Below, in pieces: positions 31,884 through 45,279 of a stretch of 64,000 bases of DNA. The stretch lies in assembly GCA_963728315.1 (NCBI GenBank), contig CAVSKA010000018.1, positions 311,421-375,420 on the forward strand. The letters run 5' to 3'. The notes under the pieces were generated by a model. That model had not been told where the DNA came from. It did not search any database and saw only the letters and a program-made list of their open reading frames with translations. The stretch comes from an uncultured Bacillales bacterium (lineage in GTDB: Bacteria > Bacillota > Bacilli > Bacillales > CAVSKA01). The translations under genes and the position numbers were made by a program. The stretch's first letter is position 1. Every line of letters begins with the position of its first letter.

Positions 31884-33062
31884 ATGAAATCTCCTCATTC
31901 ATACCAATTTTCGATCTCTATACGTTCAAAGTCGATTGGAAAGATCATATTAGTCCTATTTGCAAGTATGTTGTCCATTATTTCACTGTCTGGTCTGTTA
32001 AGTTCTAAATCTCATGAGTCTCTTTTTGAGCTCCCCGTTATTCAAAAATCTTCTACACATTTTCCAACGAAAACTTTTTATCAATTAATGAGTTGGGAAA
32101 ATCATTTTTTAAAGCAATCAAATGAAAACGCTAAACAAACGAACACGTTCAAAGAACTCTTAACATTTGCAACAAATATTCGTTTCGACGATCCTCGAAG
32201 TTTTCTTGGAAAAGAAATACCTGGCTTTTCAATTTTTGATGGTCAAATTCTTGTGGCTGGTGAAGGAACCGATTACACAACAATGCCAATTGAATCGATT
32301 CCCCCAGCTGAAGCCTTACATACAAACAAAGAAGCTACACTTCAAGGTACAGAAAAATATTTAGAGCCCGCTACTCCACCTCAAAGTACGAATGGAAAAA
32401 AATCAGTCATACTCTATTTCACTCACACAAGGGAATCTTATTTACCTTATTTAAAAGGAGAAAGTAATCCGGATATGGCTCATAACTCAAAGCTTAACGT
32501 AACAACCGTTGGAGACCATCTTAAAGCAGCATTAGAAAAACGCGGAATTGGTACGGAGACGGATAAGACGGATATCATTGCGAAACTTAATGCAAATGGA
32601 TTGCCTTACTATGACGCTTATCAGGAATCAAGGTCAATTATTCAAAGCGCTATTACCAATGAAAAAGACCTTCATTATTTTATTGACATCCATCGTGATT
32701 CTCAAAGAAAGAAAGTAACCACAACTACAATTGGTGGAAAGAATTTTGCCAAAATTGCTTTCATTATTGGTGCGGAACATCCGAATTATGAAAAGAACTT
32801 AAAACTAGCTACTGCCCTTCACAAAAGAATAGAAGCAAAATATAAAGGGGTATCTAGAGGAGTATTTGTTAAACAAGGGGCAGGAACAAATGGGAAATTT
32901 AATCAAGATTTGTCCGCGAATGCTTTTTTGATCGAAGTCGGGGGAGTAGACAATACTTTTGAAGAAATTGATGAAACCATTAATGCATTTGCCGACATTT
33001 TTTCAACCTATTATTGGGAAGCTGAAAAAGTGAATTTTACAGTTCCACCCCAAAAACAATAA
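31884..33062 (+). CDS. spoIIP: stage II sporulation protein P
   Basis: 392 aa. N-terminal TM helix and a C-terminal amidase-like SpoIIP domain (ILYFTHTRESY...FIDIHRD...FLIEVGG). Confidence 0.9.
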   Translation: MKSPHSYQFSISIRSKSIGKIILVLFASMLSIISLSGLLSSKSHESLFELPVIQKSSTHFPTKTFYQLMSWENHFLKQSNENAKQTNTFKELLTFATNIRFDDPRSFLGKEIPGFSIFDGQILVAGEGTDYTTMPIESIPPAEALHTNKEATLQGTEKYLEPATPPQSTNGKKSVILYFTHTRESYLPYLKGESNPDMAHNSKLNVTTVGDHLKAALEKRGIGTETDKTDIIAKLNANGLPYYDAYQESRSIIQSAITNEKDLHYFIDIHRDSQRKKVTTTTIGGKNFAKIAFIIGAEHPNYEKNLKLATALHKRIEAKYKGVSRGVFVKQGAGTNGKFNQDLSANAFLIEVGGVDNTFEEIDETINAFADIFSTYYWEAEKVNFTVPPQKQ

Positions 33063-33086
33063 AAATGAATGGAGTGAACAGTCATA

Positions 33087-33332
33087 ATGAAATTACTCGC
33101 TTACTTACTTTTATTTAGTTTAGGAGTAATCGTTGGGGGTTCTCTTTCTCAGTCACATTCCATTCAAAAAAATAATCAAGAACTTGTTAGGATGACAGAT
33201 GAGACAGTTAATGTGGATGAAATTCCGCACGAAAAAATTTTTCTTTCTCAAATTGGTGAAGATCTTTCTTATGGAGCAAGTGAGTTTGCTGAAAAAGGAG
33301 GGTTATTCTTAAAAGCCGTTTTACCGGAGTAA
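33087..33332 (+). CDS. small membrane protein, YqxA-like by position
   Basis: 81 aa with an N-terminal hydrophobic helix. Occupies the yqxA slot between spoIIP and lepA. Sequence similarity not verified. Confidence 0.5.
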   Translation: MKLLAYLLLFSLGVIVGGSLSQSHSIQKNNQELVRMTDETVNVDEIPHEKIFLSQIGEDLSYGASEFAEKGGLFLKAVLPE

Positions 33333-33431
33333 GGATTGTCTTCTTCTGTCTACTTTTGATTGTATATGCTTATAGGTGCTGATATAATCAGAAATAGTGT
33401 ATATGCGACGAGTAACAGGAGTGAATTATTG

Positions 33432-35267
33432 ATGAATATTAATGAAAAACGAGAGAGACAGAAAAAAATTCGGAATTTCTCGATTATTGCCCATATTGAC
33501 CATGGAAAATCAACTTTAGCCGATCGCATTTTGGAACGTACAAACGCGCTTACTTCACGTGAAATGAAAAGTCAGTTGCTTGATTCAATGGACTTAGAAC
33601 GTGAACGTGGCATTACCATTAAATTAAATGCTGTACAGCTAAAGTACTTAGCTAAAGATGGCGAAGAATATATTTTCCATTTAATTGATACACCTGGTCA
33701 TGTCGATTTCACATATGAGGTTTCTAGAAGTTTAGCCGCATGCGAAGGGGCAGTCCTAGTCGTAGATGCGGCACAGGGGATAGAAGCACAAACATTAGCC
33801 AACGTATATTTAGCCTTAGACAATGATCTGGAAATTTTGCCGATCATTAATAAAATTGATTTACCAGCGGCTGATCCAGAAAGAGTGCGTCAAGAAGTGG
33901 AAGATGTAATTGGTTTAGATGCTTCTGAGGCCGTGTTAGCTTCTGCTAAAGCAGGAATCGGAATCGAAGAGCTTCTCGAGCAGATCGTTGCAAAAGTGCC
34001 AGCGCCAACAGGTGATCCCGAGGCACCGCTTAAAGCATTAATATTTGACTCATTATACGATCCTTATCGTGGGGTTGTTGCGTATATTCGAGTCATTGAT
34101 GGGTCTGTGAAAATCGGTGATAAGGTTAGAATGATGGCGACAGGGAAAGAATTTGAAGTCACCGAACTTGGGGTGTTTACACCGAAATCAACAATGATGA
34201 AAGAACTAACTGTCGGTGATGTAGGTTTTCTCTCTGCTGCCATTAAAAATGTAGGAGATACTCGAGTAGGGGATACAATTACAGGTGCTGATAGACAAGC
34301 AGAAGTAGCATTGCCTGGTTACCGTAAACTAAATCCAATGGTTTATTGCGGTCTTTATCCGATTGACTCCGCCAAATTTAATGATTTGCGAGAAGCGCTT
34401 GAGAAGTTAGAGCTAAATGATGCTTCTCTTCAGTATGAACCTGAAACTTCTCAAGCTTTAGGGTTTGGATTCCGCTGTGGATTTTTAGGACTCCTTCATA
34501 TGGAAATCATTCAAGAGCGTATTGAACGTGAATTTAAGATTGATTTAATTACGACGGCACCAAGTGTTATCTATCATGTTCATATGACTGACGGAACAGA
34601 AATTAATGTTGATAACCCAAGTAATATGCCTGATCCGCAAAAAATTGATCGCGTTGAAGAGCCATATGTTAAAGCCACTATGATGGTGCCAAATGACTAC
34701 GTAGGCGCCGTAATGGAGCTTTCTCAGGCGAAACGCGGACAATTTATCGACATGAAATATTTCGATGAAACGAGAGTTAATGTCCTTTATGAAATTCCTT
34801 TAGCTGAAATTGTATATGATTTCTTTGATCAATTAAAATCGAGTACACGTGGATACGCTTCATTTGATTATGAACTAATCGGCTACAAAACATCGAAATT
34901 GGTCAAAATGGATATCCTATTAAATGCAGAACAAGTCGATGCATTGAGTTTTATTGTTCATAATGACTTTGCATTTGAGCGAGGCAAAATTATTGTTGAA
35001 AAACTGAAAGATTTGATTCCTCGTCAGCAATTTGAAGTTCCGATTCAAGCTACCGTTGGAAATAAAGTTGTAGCGCGCTCAACAATTAAAGCAATGAGAA
35101 AAAATGTCCTTGCTAAATGTTATGGCGGAGATATTTCCCGTAAGCGTAAATTACTTGATAAGCAAAAAGAAGGTAAGAAACGAATGAAACAAGTTGGTTC
35201 CGTTGAAGTTCCTCAAGAAGCATTTATGGCAGTCTTGAAAATGGATGATCAAGGGAAGAAATCATAA
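33432..35267 (+). CDS. lepA: elongation factor 4 (LepA)
   Basis: ORF 33360..35267 with ATG at 33432. Contains [20 protein letters not shown] and DTPGHVDF. Confidence 0.96.
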   Translation: MNINEKRERQKKIRNFSIIAHIDHGKSTLADRILERTNALTSREMKSQLLDSMDLERERGITIKLNAVQLKYLAKDGEEYIFHLIDTPGHVDFTYEVSRSLAACEGAVLVVDAAQGIEAQTLANVYLALDNDLEILPIINKIDLPAADPERVRQEVEDVIGLDASEAVLASAKAGIGIEELLEQIVAKVPAPTGDPEAPLKALIFDSLYDPYRGVVAYIRVIDGSVKIGDKVRMMATGKEFEVTELGVFTPKSTMMKELTVGDVGFLSAAIKNVGDTRVGDTITGADRQAEVALPGYRKLNPMVYCGLYPIDSAKFNDLREALEKLELNDASLQYEPETSQALGFGFRCGFLGLLHMEIIQERIEREFKIDLITTAPSVIYHVHMTDGTEINVDNPSNMPDPQKIDRVEEPYVKATMMVPNDYVGAVMELSQAKRGQFIDMKYFDETRVNVLYEIPLAEIVYDFFDQLKSSTRGYASFDYELIGYKTSKLVKMDILLNAEQVDALSFIVHNDFAFERGKIIVEKLKDLIPRQQFEVPIQATVGNKVVARSTIKAMRKNVLAKCYGGDISRKRKLLDKQKEGKKRMKQVGSVEVPQEAFMAVLKMDDQGKKS

Positions 35268-35290
35268 TCCTTTTCTTCTGATTACATACG

Positions 35291-35332
35291 AAAGGGGCAC
35301 TGCTTTGATCTATTCAAAGCGTGCCCCTTTTG
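35291..35332 (+). terminator. intrinsic terminator after lepA
   Basis: aaaggggcactgctttg...caaagcgtgcccctttt. Confidence 0.8.
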
Positions 35333-35475
35333 TGCGAATCGTTGACAAGATTATTTTGTCATTAATTTTTATATCATTGGTCCTAAATGTTGGACAATGC
35401 TGAGTGAAAACGCAAAAATAGGTTCATACGAATAAAAAATGATAAAAAGAATTTTCTTTGAAAGGAGCCAATGAA

Positions 35476-36609
35476 TTGGCTAAATTTGCTTATATTCATA
35501 TTCCATTCTGTCATCATATTTGCCATTATTGTGATTTTAATAAAGTTTTCTTAAAAGGGCAACCTGTAGACGAATATATACAAAGTCTTCTTTTAGAAAT
35601 GAAACGGACTTTAGAACAATTCCCTCATGAGCCAATTGAAACGATTTTTGTAGGAGGTGGTACGCCAACCACTTTAACAGCCTCTCAATTAGACACATTG
35701 TGCGGAGGAATCAATCAGTTGATTACCGTTCATCCAAATATTGAGTACACATTTGAAGCGAATCCAGGAGATCTTGGCATCGAGAAATTAAACGTTTTAG
35801 CCTCTCATGGAGTAAATCGCTTAAGCTTCGGCGTGCAATCTTTTGAGGATCGTTTGTTAGAAATAATTGGACGATCACATCGAAAAAAAGAGGTTTATCA
35901 AGCAATCGAAGATGCTCAGAAAGCAGGATTTTCAAATATTAGTATGGATTTAATCTATGCATTGCCGACTCAAACGATGAACGAATGGCGGAATACCATT
36001 AAGGAAGCCCTTTCGATCGGTCTTCCTCATTATTCTGGCTATTCTTTAATCATCGAAACAAAAACAGTTTTTCACAATCTTAAGAAAAAAGGACAACTCC
36101 CTTTGCCGACAGAAGATGCTGAAGCGGATATGTTCGAAGTATTAATCGACGAAATGAATAAGCATCATGTTAATCAATATGAAATCAGTAATTTCGCACA
36201 ACCGGGATATGAAAGTAAACACAATTTATCTTATTGGAACAATGAAGAATACTATGGTTTTGGAGCGGGAGCCCACGGCTATTTAAATGGTGTCAGAAGA
36301 TCAAATGTTAAGCCAGTAAATAAATATATACAGATGATTGAGAAGTCGGAACTTCCATTATTAGAAAAAATCCATTTAACAAAAGAGGAACAAATGGAAG
36401 AACAAATTTTTCTTGGTCTAAGAAAGACTGAAGGAATATCACTTGTTACTTTTAATGATAAGTTCAAAATTAATCCTCAAGATTATTTTTCAACCGCGAT
36501 TCAGGAGAATATTGCAAAAGGCTTGTTAGAGATATCGAATCATCAATTACGTTTAACAAGGAAAGGCCGCTTTTTAGGAAATGAAGTATTTCAATCCTTT
36601 TTGGGATAA
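35476..36609 (+). CDS. hemW: radical SAM heme chaperone HemW (oxygen-independent coproporphyrinogen oxidase-like, YqeR)
   Basis: ORF 35458..36609. TTG 35476 is 8 nt after AAAGGAG. Contains YIHIPFCHHICHYCDF, the radical SAM CxxxCxxC motif. Confidence 0.9.
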   Translation: MAKFAYIHIPFCHHICHYCDFNKVFLKGQPVDEYIQSLLLEMKRTLEQFPHEPIETIFVGGGTPTTLTASQLDTLCGGINQLITVHPNIEYTFEANPGDLGIEKLNVLASHGVNRLSFGVQSFEDRLLEIIGRSHRKKEVYQAIEDAQKAGFSNISMDLIYALPTQTMNEWRNTIKEALSIGLPHYSGYSLIIETKTVFHNLKKKGQLPLPTEDAEADMFEVLIDEMNKHHVNQYEISNFAQPGYESKHNLSYWNNEEYYGFGAGAHGYLNGVRRSNVKPVNKYIQMIEKSELPLLEKIHLTKEEQMEEQIFLGLRKTEGISLVTFNDKFKINPQDYFSTAIQENIAKGLLEISNHQLRLTRKGRFLGNEVFQSFLG

Positions 36610-36725
36610 ATCATCTAATGAACCGATAATGATACTCCTTTCAAATCGTGTTTATATTTTTTACAAAAAATGAAGGTCAAAATCGTTGACATACAGAAAT
36701 ACGTTTGGTAATTTTATAGATAGAT

Positions 36726-36752
36726 TTAGCACTCGAATCATTAGAGTGCTAA
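36726..36752 (+). promoter_or_regulatory. CIRCE operator (HrcA binding site)
   Basis: ttagcactc-gaatcatta-gagtgctaa is a perfect TTAGCACTC-N9-GAGTGCTAA. It lies 16 nt upstream of hrcA, with TTGACA at 36686-36691 further upstream. Confidence 0.95.
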
Positions 36753-36767
36753 CAGGGGTGATGAAAA

Positions 36768-37802
36768 TTGTTAACAGATCGTCAATTAATGATCTTAAAG
36801 GTTATCATCGATGACTTTATTCAATTTGCACAACCAATTGGCTCAAGAAATTTAGCGAAAAAAGATCAAATATCTTTTAGTCCTGCAACCATTAGAAATG
36901 AGATGTCTGATCTAGAAGAATTGGGTTTCATTGAAAAAACTCATACATCTTCAGGAAGAGTACCTTCTGAAAAAGGATATCGTTATTATGTGGATCATTT
37001 AATGTCTGCACAAAAATTAGAAGAAAACGAAGTTCAGACGATTCGATCGATATTTGCAGAAAGAATTTATGAAGTTGAGAAAATTGTCCAACGTTCAGCG
37101 GGAATATTGTCAGATTTAACAAACTATACCACGATCATTTTAGGTCCTGCCGTATTAGAAAATCGAGTAAAAAAGTTGCAAATTGTGCCTATTAATCGTG
37201 ATACAGCGATTGCGATCATTGTAACGAACACGGGTCATGTTGAAAATAGAATGGTTCAATTGCCTGAATCTATGAATCCATCCGATATTGAGAAGATGGT
37301 CAACATTCTTAATGAGAGGCTGATTGGCGTACCGCTTTCAGAATTAAATCAGACGATCTATAAAGAAGTAGCAATGCTTTTAAGCCAGCATATTAAGAAT
37401 TATGATCAAGTCTTAAACACAATTGTGCATGCAATGGATTTGCCTTCTCATGAGAGAATGTTTTTTGGAGGCAAGACAAAAATGCTAAGCCAACCTGAGT
37501 TCCGGGACATTCATAAAATCCGTTCTTTAATGGATATGATTGATCAAGAAGAAGGAATTTATGATCTGATTCGACATGTTCCCTCGGGGTTAAATGTGAA
37601 AATCGGAAAAGAAAATGAAAATTCGGCTATGGAAGACTTGAGTTTAATTACAACTACGTTTTCCACGGGACAAAGTCAACTAGGTTCAATTGCGATTATC
37701 GGTCCAACACGAATGGAATATTCACGCGTAATCAGTCTTCTTGAATTGATTAGTCAGGATATGTCCAAAATTTTGACGAGTATTTATAATTTGAAGGAAT
37801 AA
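36768..37802 (+). CDS. hrcA: heat-inducible transcription repressor HrcA
   Basis: 344 aa, TTG start. Begins [27 protein letters not shown]. Confidence 0.95.
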   Translation: MLTDRQLMILKVIIDDFIQFAQPIGSRNLAKKDQISFSPATIRNEMSDLEELGFIEKTHTSSGRVPSEKGYRYYVDHLMSAQKLEENEVQTIRSIFAERIYEVEKIVQRSAGILSDLTNYTTIILGPAVLENRVKKLQIVPINRDTAIAIIVTNTGHVENRMVQLPESMNPSDIEKMVNILNERLIGVPLSELNQTIYKEVAMLLSQHIKNYDQVLNTIVHAMDLPSHERMFFGGKTKMLSQPEFRDIHKIRSLMDMIDQEEGIYDLIRHVPSGLNVKIGKENENSAMEDLSLITTTFSTGQSQLGSIAIIGPTRMEYSRVISLLELISQDMSKILTSIYNLKE

Positions 37803-37912
37803 ATTCTTTCTTATTTTAAAGCATCTAAAATCAAATGATTTCTCTAAGTTACCAGAGATTTCGTGATGGTTGTTCGAATTGCAACTTTTATTTTTTTAAG
37901 GAGGTGAATGGA

Positions 37913-38497
37913 ATGTCAGAAAAACAACAAGGACATCCAACAGCAGAAGAGATGGATAATCATACAGTCGATCCTCAAACCGAAACCGTTATGGAAGAGG
38001 CAGAAGAAGTTCAAGGTGAAAACGAAAACGTGATTGAAAGCGAAGGGGTCAGCAAAGAAAGTGAATTAGAAGAAAAACTTGCTGAATCCGAAAATCGCTA
38101 CCTACGATTACGAGCTGACTTTGATAATTTTCGTCGTCGTACAAATGTTGAAAGAGAAGCAAGTGAGAAGTTTCGTTCACAATCATTAATAACAGATATT
38201 CTCCCTGCTTTAGATAACTTTGAAAGAGCATTGAAAATGGATGCACAAAGTGATGAATCAAAAACAATTCTTCAAGGAATGGAAATGGTTTACCGCAGCC
38301 TTTCTGAAGCATTGCAAAAAGAAGGGGTAGAAGTCATAGACGCAGTTGGGCAACCGTTTGATCCCTATTCTCATCAAGCAGTGATGCAAGTAGAAGATGG
38401 GGATACGCCTTCAAATACAGTAATTGAAGAATTTCAAAAAGGATACAAACTGAAAGATCGAGTCATTCGACCATCAATGGTCAAAGTAACACAATAA
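37913..38497 (+). CDS. grpE: nucleotide exchange factor GrpE
   Basis: ORF 37835..38497 with ATG 37913 after AAGGAGGTG. Contains [14 protein letters not shown]. Confidence 0.95.
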   Translation: MSEKQQGHPTAEEMDNHTVDPQTETVMEEAEEVQGENENVIESEGVSKESELEEKLAESENRYLRLRADFDNFRRRTNVEREASEKFRSQSLITDILPALDNFERALKMDAQSDESKTILQGMEMVYRSLSEALQKEGVEVIDAVGQPFDPYSHQAVMQVEDGDTPSNTVIEEFQKGYKLKDRVIRPSMVKVTQ

Positions 38498-40375
<1,878 letters not shown>

Positions 40376-40393
40376 GACGATCGTTTGAAAAGT

Positions 40394-40427
40394 CGAAGCC
40401 AAGTTTAGCTTGGCTTTGGCTTTTTTT
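40394..40427 (+). terminator. intrinsic terminator after dnaK
   Basis: aagccaag-tttag-cttggctt, followed by tggcttttttt. Confidence 0.7.
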
Positions 40428-40484
40428 AAAGGCTATGGTAGCGGATGTTGTTGATAGGAAGCAAACACTCTCACTAGTGGAATA

Positions 40485-40585
40485 ACGAGCGAGTCGAGAC
40501 TCCGCAGTGTGGTTTTTCACGAAAAGGATCGACCGTTCGTCCGCGGAAAGCGAGTTGTTTTGCTGAATGTAGAAAAATCAACAGG
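40485..40585 (-). repeat. GC-rich intergenic repeat, shortened copy (same orientation as the 60-kb copy)
   Basis: Shares ggtttttcacgaaaaggatc, gaccgttcg and ccgcggaaagcg (40541-40552) with 60031-60150 but lacks the central module. Confidence 0.65.
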
Positions 40586-40664
40586 ATCATTTAACAAAGC
40601 TTTTTTAAAAGATAAGAAATGTGAATTTTTTCACCAAGTTTGTTGGCGTTCGTCTTCATGTGTG

Positions 40665-40715
40665 TCTGCATCCACACAGGATGTTGCGCATTTAGACGGG
40701 TTTTCAAACGAAACC
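40665..40715 (+). repeat. GC-rich intergenic repeat, central-module fragment
   Basis: cacaggatgttgcgcatttagac shares caggatgttgcgc and ttagac with 27538-27558, in the same orientation as copy A. Confidence 0.6.
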
Positions 40716-40849
40716 ATATGAGCTGGCATATTTAGCTTTTCTTGCGATGAGTGTTTAGTATTGGCTAATAGAGATTCGAAGTCACCGTTGCGTTTCGTCT
40801 CTGTAAAATGGTAAAATAATCGTTATGTGAATGGGAACGGAGTGTGTTT

Positions 40850-41974
40850 ATGAGCAAAAGAGATTATTACGAAGTCCTCGGTCTTTCTAAAGGAGCTTCT
40901 AAAGAAGAAATAAAAAAAGCTTATCGAAAGTTATCAAAAAAATATCATCCTGATCTTAATAAAGACGCAAATGCAGATGATAAATTTAAAGAAGTTAAAG
41001 AAGCCTATGAGGTTTTGAGTGACGATCAAAGTCGTTCTCGCTATGACCAATACGGTCATACAGATCCAAATCAAGGATTTGGAGGAGGAGCAGGTGACTT
41101 TGGAGGCGGTTTTGGCGGCTTTGAAGATATTTTCAACTCTTTCTTTGGTGGCGGCGGCGGACGACGTGATCCCAATGCACCTAGAGTAGGAGCAGATTTA
41201 CAGTACACAATGGTATTAGATTTTGAGGAAGCTGTTTTTGGAAAGAAAACAGAGATTGAAATTCCAAAGGAAGAAACATGTAAGACTTGCGAAGGTTCAG
41301 GTGCTAAACCTGGTACAAAACCTCATACTTGTTCACACTGTAATGGAAGCGGTCAGTTGAATGTTGAGCAGAATACACCGTTTGGTCGAATCGTTAACCG
41401 TCGAGTATGTCATCACTGTCAAGGAACAGGTCAGATCATTAAAGATAAATGTTCTACTTGTAATGGAAATGGCAAAGTGAAAACACGCAAAAAAATCAGT
41501 GTAAATGTTCCAGCAGGTGTCGATGATGGACAACAAATGAGGTTGTCTGGACATGGTGAACCAGGTATAAATGGCGGCCCAGCAGGCGATCTTTACGTAG
41601 TATTCCATGTACGTAGCCATGAATTCTTTGAACGGGATGGCGACGATATTTACTGTGAAATGCCAATGACATTTGTTCAAGCTTCTCTAGGGGATGAACT
41701 TGAAGTACCTACCTTACATGGGAAAGTGAAGCTTAAAATACCAAGTGGAACTCAAACAGGAACAAAATTCCGTTTAAGAGGAAAAGGCGTTCCGAACGTA
41801 CATGGCAGAGGCACAGGAGATCAACATATTCTCGTTAAGGTAGTAACTCCAGCCAAGCTGACTGAAAAACAAAAAGACTTATTACGTGAATTTGCTGGTC
41901 TTTCCGGCGAAATGGTCGACGAACAAAATGGATCGATTTTTGACAAAGTAAAACGCGCCTTTAAAGGTGAATAA
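40850..41974 (+). CDS. dnaJ: molecular chaperone DnaJ
   Basis: ORF 40844..41974 with ATG at 40850. Has a J domain ([10 protein letters not shown]...KYHPD), a G/F-rich region and four CxxCxGxG repeats. Confidence 0.97.
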   Translation: MSKRDYYEVLGLSKGASKEEIKKAYRKLSKKYHPDLNKDANADDKFKEVKEAYEVLSDDQSRSRYDQYGHTDPNQGFGGGAGDFGGGFGGFEDIFNSFFGGGGGRRDPNAPRVGADLQYTMVLDFEEAVFGKKTEIEIPKEETCKTCEGSGAKPGTKPHTCSHCNGSGQLNVEQNTPFGRIVNRRVCHHCQGTGQIIKDKCSTCNGNGKVKTRKKISVNVPAGVDDGQQMRLSGHGEPGINGGPAGDLYVVFHVRSHEFFERDGDDIYCEMPMTFVQASLGDELEVPTLHGKVKLKIPSGTQTGTKFRLRGKGVPNVHGRGTGDQHILVKVVTPAKLTEKQKDLLREFAGLSGEMVDEQNGSIFDKVKRAFKGE

Positions 41975-41997
41975 TAACGATTGGGGTTGGCAGAACC

Positions 41998-42942
41998 ATG
42001 AAATGGTCTGAAATTAGTATTCATACAACAAACGAGGCAGTAGAGCCTGTTTCGAATATTTTGCATGAAGCAGGTGCAAGTGGTGTTGTCATCGAAGATC
42101 CTCTTGAGCTTGATAAAGAAAGAGAAGACCAGTTTGGGGAAATCTACCAACTCAATCCAGATGATTATCCAAGTGAAGGTGTAATGGTAAAGGCCTATTT
42201 ACCTGTGAATAGTTTTCTAGGGGAAACAGTTGAAGAAATTAAGCAATCAGTGAACAGTTTAACTTCTTTTCAAATTGACCTTGGAAAAAACAAAATAGAG
42301 ATCTTAGAAGTGAATGAAGAAGATTGGGCAACGGCTTGGAAAAAATATTATTTCCCCGTAAAGATCTCCAATAAATTCACGATTGTACCGACATGGGAAG
42401 AATACGAACCAGTTAATAGCGATGAATTAATCATTGAACTTGACCCTGGAATGGCATTTGGTACCGGGACGCACCCGACGACTGTGATGTGTATTCAGGC
42501 TATCGAAAGAACCGTTAAGACGGCAGATAAAGTGGTAGATGTAGGGACAGGATCGGGTGTACTTAGCATTGCTGCTGCTCTAATGAATGCTGATCATGTG
42601 ATGGCGCTGGATTTGGATGAAGTTGCTGTTCATTCTGCACGAGAAAACATTGAATTGAATAACGTTCAACAGATTGTTGAAGTTTCACAAAACAACCTTT
42701 TGGAAAACGTCTCCGTTACTGTTGATGTAGTGGTAGCAAATATTTTGGCAGAAGTAATTATTAAACTATTACCAGATGCATTTAAAACTGTGAAACCTGG
42801 TGGTTACTTTATTGGTTCAGGAATTATTCAGCAAAAGAAATTGGAAGTAAAAGAAGCTCTGCTTAATGAAGGATTTGAAGTTGAAGAAACATTAGACATG
42901 GAAGATTGGGTAGCATTCATAGCAAAACGGCCATTATTATAG
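41998..42942 (+). CDS. prmA: ribosomal protein L11 methyltransferase
   Basis: 314 aa with [14 protein letters not shown] and [11 protein letters not shown]. Confidence 0.93.
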   Translation: MKWSEISIHTTNEAVEPVSNILHEAGASGVVIEDPLELDKEREDQFGEIYQLNPDDYPSEGVMVKAYLPVNSFLGETVEEIKQSVNSLTSFQIDLGKNKIEILEVNEEDWATAWKKYYFPVKISNKFTIVPTWEEYEPVNSDELIIELDPGMAFGTGTHPTTVMCIQAIERTVKTADKVVDVGTGSGVLSIAAALMNADHVMALDLDEVAVHSARENIELNNVQQIVEVSQNNLLENVSVTVDVVVANILAEVIIKLLPDAFKTVKPGGYFIGSGIIQQKKLEVKEALLNEGFEVEETLDMEDWVAFIAKRPLL

Positions 42943-42972
42943 GCATTTTGCTATGAAAAAGGAGGATTTACT

Positions 42973-43725
42973 GTGCAAAGATATTTTATTAATATGAGTA
43001 GTCCAGACTCCCTTTTTACGATTAAAGGTGAAGACGTTCATCATATGATTCGGGTGATGAGAATGGTGGACGGTGATCCTTTCTTAGCTGTGTTTTTAGA
43101 TGGAAAAATTGCAAAAGCAGAGATTACGGAATCTGAAGAAACAAAGGTTCAAGCAAAGGTAATCGATTGGTTAGAGGAATCAGCAGAAATGCCCATTCAT
43201 GTAGCCATTGCAAGCGGGTTGCCAAAAGGGGATAAATTAGACCTTGTCGTTCAAAAAGGAACGGAACTTGGAGCATCAGCCTTTATCCCTTTTACAGCAA
43301 GTCGCTCAATCGTAAAATTAGATGAAAAAAAAGAGAAAAAAAGGGTGGAACGATGGGGGAAAATCGCAAAAGAAGCTTCGGAACAATCTCATCGCTCACG
43401 TATACCACAAATATCTTCCGTGTGCACCATTGATCAATTACTGAATAAGGCAGCTTCATATACGAGTAAAATTCTTGCTTATGAAGAGGAAGCAAAAAGA
43501 AATGAAGGTTCTCGATTTAAAAGAGAGCTTACTCATTTAAAACCTGGTGATTCAGTACTGATTGTGTTTGGGCCAGAAGGTGGATTAACAGAAAAAGAAG
43601 TAGGTAAATTTAGCGAAAATGGTTTTATCGTATGTGGACTAGGTCCAAGAATTTTAAGAACGGAGACTGCGCCATTATACGCATTGTCTGCGATATCTTA
43701 TCATTTTGAATTGAGAGGTGATTGA
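42973..43725 (+). CDS. rsmE: 16S rRNA (uracil1498-N3)-methyltransferase RsmE
   Basis: 250 aa, GTG after AAGGAGG. Begins MQRYFI and contains LGPRILRTETA. Confidence 0.9.
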   Translation: MQRYFINMSSPDSLFTIKGEDVHHMIRVMRMVDGDPFLAVFLDGKIAKAEITESEETKVQAKVIDWLEESAEMPIHVAIASGLPKGDKLDLVVQKGTELGASAFIPFTASRSIVKLDEKKEKKRVERWGKIAKEASEQSHRSRIPQISSVCTIDQLLNKAASYTSKILAYEEEAKRNEGSRFKRELTHLKPGDSVLIVFGPEGGLTEKEVGKFSENGFIVCGLGPRILRTETAPLYALSAISYHFELRGD

Positions 43726-43727
43726 TC

Positions 43728-45083
43728 ATGTCAACAGTGGCATTCCATACACTTGGTTGCAAAGTCAACCATTACGAAACAGAGGCAATTTGGCAGCTGT
43801 TTCAAACAGAAGGATATGAACGTGTAGAGTTTGACCATCATTCGGATGTCTATGTGATTAATACTTGTACGGTTACAAATACAGGTGACAAAAAAAGTCG
43901 TCAAGTAATTCGGAGAGCCATTCGTAAAAATCCTGATGCAGTCATTTGTGTCACCGGTTGCTATGCCCAAACTTCTCCTGCAGAAATCATGGCTATTCCT
44001 GGGGTAGATATCGTAGTAGGAACACAAGATAGAACGAAAATGATCGGTTATATTGAACAGTTCAAGCAAGAAAGAACACCGATTAATGGCGTAAGTAACA
44101 TTATGAAAACACGTGTTTATGAAGAATTGGATGTTCCTGTATTCACAGATCGCACTCGGGCTTCTTTGAAAATCCAAGAAGGGTGCAATAATTTCTGCAC
44201 ATTCTGCATTATTCCATGGGCAAGGGGTTTAATGCGTTCAAGAGATCCAGAAGAGGTCATTCGCCAAGCGCAACAACTAGTTGATGCAGGCTATATGGAA
44301 ATTGTTTTAACCGGTATACACACAGGTGGATACGGTGAAGATATGAAAGACTACAACTTGGCCAAATTATTAACGGAATTAGAGAATCGTGTCCAAGGAT
44401 TAAAAAGAATACGTATTTCCTCCATTGAGGCAAGTCAACTGACAGATGAAGTAATTGATGTCATTGATCGCTCAAAATTAATCGTAAGACATCTGCACAT
44501 TCCTTTGCAATCAGGCTCTAATACTGTATTGAAAAGAATGAGAAGGAAATATACGATGGAATTCTTTGCAGAAAGACTGATCATGCTCAAAAAAGCACTA
44601 CCAGGACTTGCCGTTACGTCCGATGTCATTGTCGGTTTTCCTGGTGAAACAGAAGAAGAATTTCAAGAAACCTTTGATTTTATTCATAAGCATCAATTCT
44701 CAGAACTCCACGTGTTTCCTTTTTCAAAAAGAACTGGAACACCTGCAGCAAGAATGGAAGATCAAGTGGATGAAGAAATTAAAAATGCCCGAGTCCATCG
44801 TTTAATTGATCTTTCTGATCAATTGGCGAAAGAATATGCTTCTAAGTTTGAAAATGAAGTGCTTGAAGTGATTCCTGAAGAAGAATTTAAGGAAAATCAA
44901 TTAAATGGAATGTTCGTAGGTTATACGGATAATTATTTAAAGGTTATTTTCCCAGGCAATGAAAATATGATCGGTAAACTTGTTAAGGTGAAGCTTACGA
45001 AAGTTGGTTACCCGTATAATGAGGGAGAGTTTGTTCGAGTAATCGAGCAAACAAATGAAAGCAGAGCGAAAGCAATTATTTAA
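43728..45083 (+). CDS. mtaB: tRNA (N6-threonylcarbamoyladenosine) methylthiotransferase MtaB
   Basis: ORF 43722..45083 with ATG at 43728. Has an MTTase N-domain (AFHTLGCKVNHYE), a radical SAM motif (GCNNFCTFCIIP) and a TRAM domain. Confidence 0.92.
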   Translation: MSTVAFHTLGCKVNHYETEAIWQLFQTEGYERVEFDHHSDVYVINTCTVTNTGDKKSRQVIRRAIRKNPDAVICVTGCYAQTSPAEIMAIPGVDIVVGTQDRTKMIGYIEQFKQERTPINGVSNIMKTRVYEELDVPVFTDRTRASLKIQEGCNNFCTFCIIPWARGLMRSRDPEEVIRQAQQLVDAGYMEIVLTGIHTGGYGEDMKDYNLAKLLTELENRVQGLKRIRISSIEASQLTDEVIDVIDRSKLIVRHLHIPLQSGSNTVLKRMRRKYTMEFFAERLIMLKKALPGLAVTSDVIVGFPGETEEEFQETFDFIHKHQFSELHVFPFSKRTGTPAARMEDQVDEEIKNARVHRLIDLSDQLAKEYASKFENEVLEVIPEEEFKENQLNGMFVGYTDNYLKVIFPGNENMIGKLVKVKLTKVGYPYNEGEFVRVIEQTNESRAKAII

Positions 45084-45279
45084 TAGGTGATCGAAGGTAA
45101 ACTTAGAGATTTCGAAAAAGCCAAAGTAGATGAAGTTCTCTTTGGTTTAGAATTCTTGTAGTTGCCTTTTTTCTTTCCATGATAATTTATTACCCATTAA
45201 AAGAGTGAAAATAAGTTCAGTTTTTGTTTAAAAAGTGGTATGATCGAGAGGTACGTACATCTACTAAAGGAGAATAGAT

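Noticed and set aside
40509-40721. 70-aa ORF in the dnaK-dnaJ spacer
   Set aside because: It is made entirely of repeat modules and has no RBS.
43731-44177. 148-aa ORF antisense to mtaB, and similar antisense ORFs (45264..45614 in deoC, 52451..52969 in pgpH, 47386..47754 in nfeD, 41333..41680 in dnaJ, 48451..48780 in floA, 13856..14254, 3958..4329)
   Set aside because: All lie fully inside well-supported genes on the other strand and lack RBSs. Their skewed composition is typical of antisense frames.
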